Source of the DNA: Candidatus Cloacimonadales bacterium
GTDB taxonomy: Bacteria > Cloacimonadota > Cloacimonadia > Cloacimonadales > JAIOQZ01
Assembly: GCA_963674825.1 (NCBI GenBank)
Contig: OY771587.1
Span: 1,056,001 to 1,120,000 of the forward strand
DNA: 64,000 bases
Reading direction: 5' to 3'
This document shows positions 57,986 through 64,000 of the stretch, in pieces; the first letter of the stretch is position 1, and each line of letters starts with the position of its first letter. Both the position numbers and the translations under genes were made by a program. The notes under the pieces were generated by a model, which had not been told where the DNA came from, did no database searches, and was given only the letters and a program-made list of their open reading frames with translations.

Positions 57986-58001
57986 TTCCCCATTCTGTAG
58001 C

Positions 58002-59135
58002 CTACCCCACTCGCTTTCGGAAACTCACGATACTCAGGCTGAAAATCAACACGCCATAGATCGTCATCGGTATCACCGCATCCAGCAGGAACATCAGCCC
58101 GGAACCTTTAGCCGTGATTTCGCGCATGATGATGATGAAATACTTCATCGGATTTAGCCAGGTGATCTGCTTGATAATCCAAGGCATATTCTTGATTGGT
58201 ATGAACAGGCCGCTGAGCAGAATCATAAACACCAGAAAGAACCACGAGAAGAACATCGCCTGTTGCTGCGAAGAGGTCATTGTCGAGACGAGAACCCCCA
58301 AGCCCAGCGTCGCGAACAGATAGAGCAAGGCCAGCCCTGCAAGCAGCAGATAGCTTCCCTGTACATGGATGTCGAAAACGATCTGCGCGATAAAGAGCGA
58401 AAGGAAAAGTTCCACGAAAGTCAGCACCAGAAACGGCAACAGTTTCCCGGTCAGGAGCTGCCATTTGCGGATCGGCGTCACCATGAGCTGTTCCAGCGTT
58501 CCGATCTCCTTTTCGCGCACCAGCCCCATTGCGCTCATCATCATCGAGACCAGCGTAATCATAATCACCACGATCCCCGGCACCATAAACTGCGACGCCT
58601 CCAGGTTTTCATTGAACCACATTCCGCTCTCGAATCCGACCGGCGCTTTGTACTTCTTCATCCCTTCGATGCCCTGACGCATGATGTATCGAGTGGAATA
58701 GTCCACGCCCCAATCTGTGAGAATATCGCGTAAATACCCTCCAGCCACACCAGCTGTATTTCCGTCGATTCCATCGATAACCACTGCGATGCGTGGCTTA
58801 TTGCCAGCCAGCAGATCAGCTTCGAAATCGGGTGGAATCAGGATGCCAAGCTGCGCCTTCCAGCTCTCGATTGCTTGATCGACCTCGGCGTAGCTTCGCA
58901 CCTCGCCCAACGGCTTGAAGCTATTGGTGTGCAGCATATTCTCGATAAGTGCGCGGCTGGTGGGCGATTTGTCCTGATCGCAGACCAGTAGCTTCACGTC
59001 TTTCACCTCGTTGGTGATGGAGAATCCCAGGATCATAATCTGGATGATCGGCACGAAAAACAGGATCGCGATCATCTCACGTGTGCGGAAGACCTGCTTG
59101 AATTCCTTGCGAATTAGTTCGAGTATCGGCCTCAT
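58002..59135 (-). CDS. ABC-2 type permease (YbhR-like)
   Basis: KEFKQVFR, VREKEIGTLEQLMVTP, LSGLFIPI.NMP. Start set at ATG 59135. Confidence 0.92.
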   Translation of the reverse strand: MRPILELIRKEFKQVFRTREMIAILFFVPIIQIMILGFSITNEVKDVKLLVCDQDKSPTSRALIENMLHTNSFKPLGEVRSYAEVDQAIESWKAQLGILIPPDFEADLLAGNKPRIAVVIDGIDGNTAGVAGGYLRDILTDWGVDYSTRYIMRQGIEGMKKYKAPVGFESGMWFNENLEASQFMVPGIVVIMITLVSMMMSAMGLVREKEIGTLEQLMVTPIRKWQLLTGKLLPFLVLTFVELFLSLFIAQIVFDIHVQGSYLLLAGLALLYLFATLGLGVLVSTMTSSQQQAMFFSWFFLVFMILLSGLFIPIKNMPWIIKQITWLNPMKYFIIIMREITAKGSGLMFLLDAVIPMTIYGVLIFSLSIVSFRKRVG

Positions 59136-59136
59136 A

Positions 59137-60258
59137 TCAGTTCCTCCCCTGGTTTTCTGCAATGCGCCTGAAATTCCGCCACGATGCCGCCAGCAGGAAT
59201 ATAGTAAATCCAGACAGTACCAGCACAGGTTCCATCAGGTATTGGATTGTGTTACCCTTCAGCATTATTCCGCGGATGATGATCAGGAAATAGCGTGCCG
59301 GGACAAGCCGCGAGATGTATTGAAGAAATACCGGCATAGACGCGATCGGAAAGATGAAGCCGGACAGCAGAATCGTCGGCATCAACGTACTCATGATTGA
59401 GCCCATCATCGCCACTTGCTGCGATGGCGCAATGGTGGAGATCAGAAGCCCCAGACTCAGTGCTACCAAGATATAGAGTAAAGACAGTCCCAACAGAAGT
59501 AGCGGACTACCGATAAAAGCCACCTTGAACAGCACGATCCCAATCGATAGGATCATGGTGCCAATCACAACCGCCAAAACGATGTAGGGTGTCAGCTTGC
59601 CGAGGATGATTTCCAGCGGACGCACTGGCGAGATGAGAAGCTGCTCCATGGTTCCGGTCTCAAACTCGCGCGTGATCGTTATGCTGGTGAGAAGCGCGGA
59701 AATCATAATCAGAATCAGCGCTATCAGGCCCGGAACGTAGAAGTAATTACTCTCCATCGAAGGGTTGAAACGCGGTTGCAAACTGAATTCCACCGGCTGC
59801 TCGATTCCGCGCTTCAGGTTGTAGTCCTGTATCACGCGGCGGCAGTAATCACGCATCAAGTTGGCGGCGTTGGGATCGGACGCATCAATGATAAGCTGTA
59901 CCGTCGCAGCCTGATTCCGCTCCAGTCTCCTGCCGAAGTCGTCCTTTATAATCATCGCGATATCGGCGTCACGAGCCTTGAAAAGGTCCTCCACTTCGTC
60001 CGGCGATCCCTGCTCGTAGCGTATCTTGAAGAGGTCGCTACCACGAAATCCCTGCATGAAATCCCAAGATGCATCGCTACGACTGAAGTCGTAAACGCTG
60101 ATGCGGATACTCTTGATCTCCATGTCCAGCGCGTAACCGAACATGGTTAGTTGCAGGATCGGCATCAGGATGATGATGACCAGACTGCGAGGATCGTGGA
60201 GAATGTGCAGCCATTCCTTCTTCGACAGTGCGATGATTCTTGCTAAGCTGCCTCTCAT
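59137..60258 (-). CDS. ABC-2 type permease (YbhS-like)
   Basis: KEWLHILHDPRSL, REFETGTMEQLLISP, LSGFIFPI.SMP. Confidence 0.92.
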   Translation of the reverse strand: MRGSLARIIALSKKEWLHILHDPRSLVIIILMPILQLTMFGYALDMEIKSIRISVYDFSRSDASWDFMQGFRGSDLFKIRYEQGSPDEVEDLFKARDADIAMIIKDDFGRRLERNQAATVQLIIDASDPNAANLMRDYCRRVIQDYNLKRGIEQPVEFSLQPRFNPSMESNYFYVPGLIALILIMISALLTSITITREFETGTMEQLLISPVRPLEIILGKLTPYIVLAVVIGTMILSIGIVLFKVAFIGSPLLLLGLSLLYILVALSLGLLISTIAPSQQVAMMGSIMSTLMPTILLSGFIFPIASMPVFLQYISRLVPARYFLIIIRGIMLKGNTIQYLMEPVLVLSGFTIFLLAASWRNFRRIAENQGRN

Positions 60259-60986
60259 GTGTTGCTCCTGAGTAAATGGATGAAAATATCCTGTATGTGG
60301 TCCATCTGGTAACGGTCTTTAAGCTTCTGCGGGCTATCCATGGCAATGATTCTGCCAGCCTGCATTACAGAAACACGGCTGCAATACTCGGCTTCATCCA
60401 TGTAGTGCGTTGTGACGAATACTGTCTTATCCTGCTCCAGCAGGCTGTAGATGACATCCCAGAACTCTCTACGCGCCCGTGGATCGACACCGGATGTCGG
60501 CTCGTCCAGAAAGATGATTGGTGGATCGTGTAGCAGTGAGCAGCCAAGCGCCAGACGCTGCTTGATGCCCACCGGAATTTCACGGGTACTTTTCTTGCGG
60601 TACTGCTGGAGCCCAAGCCGTTCCATCCAGCTATCCATACGTCCCTTGAGAATATCCGGTTTTACATCGTAAATCCCGCCGTAAAATTGCATGTTTTCCT
60701 GCACTGTGAGATCGTTGTATAGTGAGAACTTCTGGCTCATGTAGCCGATATTTCGCTTCACCTGCTCGCTCTGAGTCAGGATATCGTATCCCGCAACGGT
60801 CGCCTCTCCTTCTGTGGGAGAAAGCAACCCGCACAGCATGCGGATCATGGTCGTCTTACCGGCGCCGTTCGCACCGAGGAAGCCGAATACCTCACCGTGG
60901 CGTACTTCCAGGCTCACTTTGTCGACTGCCGTGAAACTGCCGAACCTGCGTGTGATTTCCTTTGCCGAGACGGTTATCTCATTCAT
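60255..60986 (-). CDS. ABC ATP-binding protein (C-terminal half of a YbhF-like ATPase)
   Basis: GANGAGKT, GYMSQKFSLY, FLDEPTSGVDP, TTHYMDEAE. Confidence 0.93.
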   Translation of the reverse strand: MNEITVSAKEITRRFGSFTAVDKVSLEVRHGEVFGFLGANGAGKTTMIRMLCGLLSPTEGEATVAGYDILTQSEQVKRNIGYMSQKFSLYNDLTVQENMQFYGGIYDVKPDILKGRMDSWMERLGLQQYRKKSTREIPVGIKQRLALGCSLLHDPPIIFLDEPTSGVDPRARREFWDVIYSLLEQDKTVFVTTHYMDEAEYCSRVSVMQAGRIIAMDSPQKLKDRYQMDHIQDIFIHLLRSNT

Positions 60987-61891
60987 GCCTTCCCCCCTGT
61001 GACGTGCAGGAATACGTCTTCAATCGTTGGCTGAATCTTCTCCCGGCTGGTCACGCCACAATCTTCGAGCCGCTTCCAGAGCGCTGCATCCGGTTCTTCT
61101 TCGAACGCAACGTGAAGCACATCGCCAAATAGCTGGATCGCCACCAGGTTTTCCATCTGCCCGATTCTGTCTCGTAGATAGCGGAGATCCTCTCCCTGCA
61201 TGCGATAGAGTGGATATTGGTACGTCGCCTTGATTTCCTGTGGTGTGCCCATCGCCACGAAACTTCCCTTGTGCATGAAGGCCAGCCGGTCGAATTGCTC
61301 AGCTTCGTCCATGTAGGCCGTTGAGACCAGGATGCTCGTTCCTTCTTTTCGAATCTCCCGCAGAATCTTCCAAAGCTCTTCCCGTGAAACAGGATCGACA
61401 CCGAAGGTCGGTTCATCGAGAACAAGCACCTTGGGCCGATGCAGCAGGTTGCATGAAAGCGCCAGTTTCTGCTTCATCCCGCCGGAGAGATTTCCAGCCA
61501 GATGATTTTTAAAAGGTTCCAGCTTGGAGAAACCATAGAGCTCAGCAATTCGTGCTTTACGATCCGACGCGGATATTCCAAACAGATCGGCGTAGAAACG
61601 AAGATTCTGTGACACGGTCAGATCCTGATAAAGTGAGAATCGTTGAGGCATATAGCCTATGCGTGATCGAATCTCCCGGTACTTTGTGTGCGTATCCAGG
61701 CCCTCGACCCGGATCACGCCATCATCGATCGGGATCGACGTACAGATGGAACGGATCAGACTGGTTTTCCCTGCGCCGTCTGGCCCTACCAAGCCGAACA
61801 TCTCGCCATCGAGAACTGTCAGGTCGATGTTCCGGTAAGCGGTCGTATCGCCGAATCGTTTGGTCGCACCACGGACAACAATCGGTTCCAT
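60983..61891 (-). CDS. ABC ATP-binding protein (N-terminal half of a YbhF-like ATPase)
   Basis: GPDGAGKT, GYMPQRFSLY, LSGGMKQK, LDEPTFGVDP, STAYMDEAE. Confidence 0.93.
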   Translation of the reverse strand: MEPIVVRGATKRFGDTTAYRNIDLTVLDGEMFGLVGPDGAGKTSLIRSICTSIPIDDGVIRVEGLDTHTKYREIRSRIGYMPQRFSLYQDLTVSQNLRFYADLFGISASDRKARIAELYGFSKLEPFKNHLAGNLSGGMKQKLALSCNLLHRPKVLVLDEPTFGVDPVSREELWKILREIRKEGTSILVSTAYMDEAEQFDRLAFMHKGSFVAMGTPQEIKATYQYPLYRMQGEDLRYLRDRIGQMENLVAIQLFGDVLHVAFEEEPDAALWKRLEDCGVTSREKIQPTIEDVFLHVTGGKA

Positions 61892-62775
61892 CAGTCCATC
61901 CGCGAGATTTCCAGCGGCATGCCGTGCTTGATGAGGTGATCGGGGTTCTCGATGCGAAGTTCAACGGCATAGACCAACGCGCTGCGGGTTTCTTTGGTCA
62001 GCACCTGGCTGGGCGTAAATTCCGCCTTCTGTCCGATTCGCTCCACAACACCCGTCATGGCTTGCGAGACGCCGTCTGCCATAATCTTCATCTTCTGCCC
62101 GACCTTGGTTTGTGGAAGCTCTTCCGCTGGGATGTAGATGGTCGTTTCGATCTCGTCCAACTCGGTAATTTCCACAACCGGCGCAACTGGCGGCAGCGTT
62201 TCTTCCACCTCGAACAGCACCGATGTCACGATTCCGTTGGTCGGCGCGTTCAGCGAACTGTCCGCGATACGCTTTTCGAGCGTGAGTAGCTTCGCGTCGA
62301 GCTCCTTCTTCTTCGCGCTGATAAGCGAAAGCTGCTGCTTGGCATTCAAGAGCTGCGTCTGTGCCTTGTTGCGCATGTTGACCACGTCGTCGTATTTCTG
62401 TTGCGGTACGCTCTGTGTCTCGAGCAGGCTTTTGGTACGCTCTTCGATGGTATCGACATACGCCAGATCCTTTTCAGCCTGCGATTTCATATTCAAGTAT
62501 ATCTGCTTCTGGACGGCAAGTTGATCGTAACCCGCGTCAATCTCCAGACGCTTGTAGTTCATATCCAGCGTGTCCAGGAGAGCGACGGGCTGCCCAGCCT
62601 TAATCTCGTCTCCTTCGTCCACGGCGATCTCGACCAGCTTGCCTCCGTAAAGCGACGATACGTTGTGCACCGTCCCTTCTGCGATGCCAACATAGTGGCC
62701 TGCTTCGTTTTTCTTCGCACACGCGGTGAAAACGATCATTATAATGAGTGGGATGATGGTGATTGCTCTTTTCAT
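61891..62775 (-). CDS. HlyD-family periplasmic adaptor (YbhG-like)
   Basis: Lipobox-like FTAC, GGKLVEIAVDEGD, coiled coil, AEFTP..V.T.E.R..LVY, GMP. Confidence 0.9.
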   Translation of the reverse strand: MKRAITIIPLIIMIVFTACAKKNEAGHYVGIAEGTVHNVSSLYGGKLVEIAVDEGDEIKAGQPVALLDTLDMNYKRLEIDAGYDQLAVQKQIYLNMKSQAEKDLAYVDTIEERTKSLLETQSVPQQKYDDVVNMRNKAQTQLLNAKQQLSLISAKKKELDAKLLTLEKRIADSSLNAPTNGIVTSVLFEVEETLPPVAPVVEITELDEIETTIYIPAEELPQTKVGQKMKIMADGVSQAMTGVVERIGQKAEFTPSQVLTKETRSALVYAVELRIENPDHLIKHGMPLEISRMD

Positions 62776-64000
62776 GACTTCCCTCCGATAATCCCTGTAT
62801 AATATTCCATTTGCATTCGATAAATGTTCAACTGCGCATGAAGCGCATCCAATCGCAACTGCGATTCGGTCAGTCGTTCTTCCGCGTCGCGGACATCGAG
62901 GATGGTTGCATTGCCTTCGTTCATGAGATTCTCAGCGTGCCGCACCTCGAGTTCGCGCTGGCGCGTCAGTTCATCCTGTAATGTCATTTGCTCTTCAACC
63001 GATCGCATCTGCTCCCAGGTCTGCGTCACTTCGCGTACGATCTGGTTTATAATAGCGCTCTCCTCCAGCTCCAACTTTTCGGTCTTGTGAATCGATTGCT
63101 TTCTGCGGTTCGCCGATTCCATCCAGTCCCAAACCTGCCATTGCATCTGCACCCCAAGCCGATAGTAATCGTCCCACTCGGGATCGATCATCTGCACACC
63201 CGGAACACCGTAATGATACTCCGCCTGCGCGTAAACCTGCGGGTAGAACACCGATTCGGCGATGCGGGTCGTTAGCTTCTGCTTTCGGATATTCTCGCGA
63301 TTCATGCTGAGCTCGACGCGGTTATCCAACGCTATCGAGCGATAATCATCCAGCGTTTGAAGGGGCTGAGAACTCTGCTGTTCGAAAACTAACTCGAACG
63401 GTTCGTCCGTCGCCATCACCTCCGCGAGCTGCGCCTTGGCTATACGGAACTGGTGCTCTGCCGACATCCTCATGGTGCGCAGCTCCAGCACTCGGTTGGC
63501 GATCTCGAGCGTGTCCAGTGTGGTGACCTGTCCCGCATCCAGTAGATACAGAATGCGGTCTTTTTGCAGATTGGCGCGCCGGATTCCATCGTCGATGATC
63601 TCGACTTGGTGCATCAGCGCTTCACACTGGTAATAGTAGGCTGCGATTTGCAAGCGTAGCGCGTTTTCCGCCATAATCGCGGCCTGTCCGGCAATGCGCT
63701 GATCCGCCTGAGCTCGTTTCATGTCGTTCAGCAACCTGAAACCGGTAAAGACTGGCTGTGTGAGCTTAGCATTAAAGTCCCAGTTGTCGTGCTGACCCAC
63801 CTGAATCGGATCCATGGTCAGACCCAGAGGAAGCTTATTGAAACTGATCTCCGCCAGTTCGCTGTTGTAGTAATAGATTCCGTTCACGGTGAGTTTGGGC
63901 AGCAATTCACCGAACTTGATTTTCTGCTCCGTATCTGCGATCCGGCTTACCAGATCACGCTGCCCCAGCATGGGGTTATTCTCCAACCCAATCTGCCAGG
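62772..64000 (-). CDS. TolC-family outer-membrane efflux protein; 5' part beyond the window
   Basis: LLPKLTV, LTQPVFTGF, YPQVYA, WQVWDW, G.ATILDVRDAE repeats; the frame is open to the window end. Confidence 0.88.
   Translation of the reverse strand, partial: WQIGLENNPMLGQRDLVSRIADTEQKIKFGELLPKLTVNGIYYYNSELAEISFNKLPLGLTMDPIQVGQHDNWDFNAKLTQPVFTGFRLLNDMKRAQADQRIAGQAAIMAENALRLQIAAYYYQCEALMHQVEIIDDGIRRANLQKDRILYLLDAGQVTTLDTLEIANRVLELRTMRMSAEHQFRIAKAQLAEVMATDEPFELVFEQQSSQPLQTLDDYRSIALDNRVELSMNRENIRKQKLTTRIAESVFYPQVYAQAEYHYGVPGVQMIDPEWDDYYRLGVQMQWQVWDWMESANRRKQSIHKTEKLELEESAIINQIVREVTQTWEQMRSVEEQMTLQDELTRQRELEVRHAENLMNEGNATILDVRDAEERLTESQLRLDALHAQLNIYRMQMEYYTGIIGGKS

Noticed and set aside
58002..64000. 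Novelty of the exporter with a split two-ATPase arrangement
   Set aside because: TolC-HlyD-ATPase-ATPase-permease-permease is a common YbhG/F/S/R-type organisation.

Overview
A 64 kb bacterial chromosome segment of about 50% GC, most consistent with an anaerobic FCB-type diderm such as Candidatus Cloacimonadota. This is inferred from the FlgD/T9SS-type C-terminal sorting domains (CTDs), a C25 gingipain homolog, DUF4837/DUF3098-like genes and a 2[4Fe-4S] ferredoxin. Housekeeping genes are dxs, mnmE, rel, thiN-xseB-ispA-dut-nadA-trmN6-ftsE/X-like-pgsA, glyQ, a ThiI/MnmA-like gene and an acyl-CoA dehydrogenase. Transport loci are a sigma54-type MacAB-like ABC cluster, an MCE/Mla operon and a YbhG/F/S/R-TolC-type exporter. 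There are also several very large secreted modular proteins. The most notable observations are: (1) an adjacent gene pair encoding a dockerin+cohesin CTD protein and a two-cohesin scaffold-like protein; (2) an MCE operon whose PqiC-like lipoprotein is fused to a predicted outer-membrane beta-barrel; (3) a ~130-nt intergenic hairpin in two copies with compensatory changes; (4) a shared FN3-like C-terminal domain that may be a second sorting or anchoring signal; (5) an Arg-gingipain homolog plus a gingipain-adhesin-like surface protein with Arg linkers. No rRNA, tRNA, CRISPR array, transposase or integrase was seen. All family assignments come from motif recognition, not database searches.
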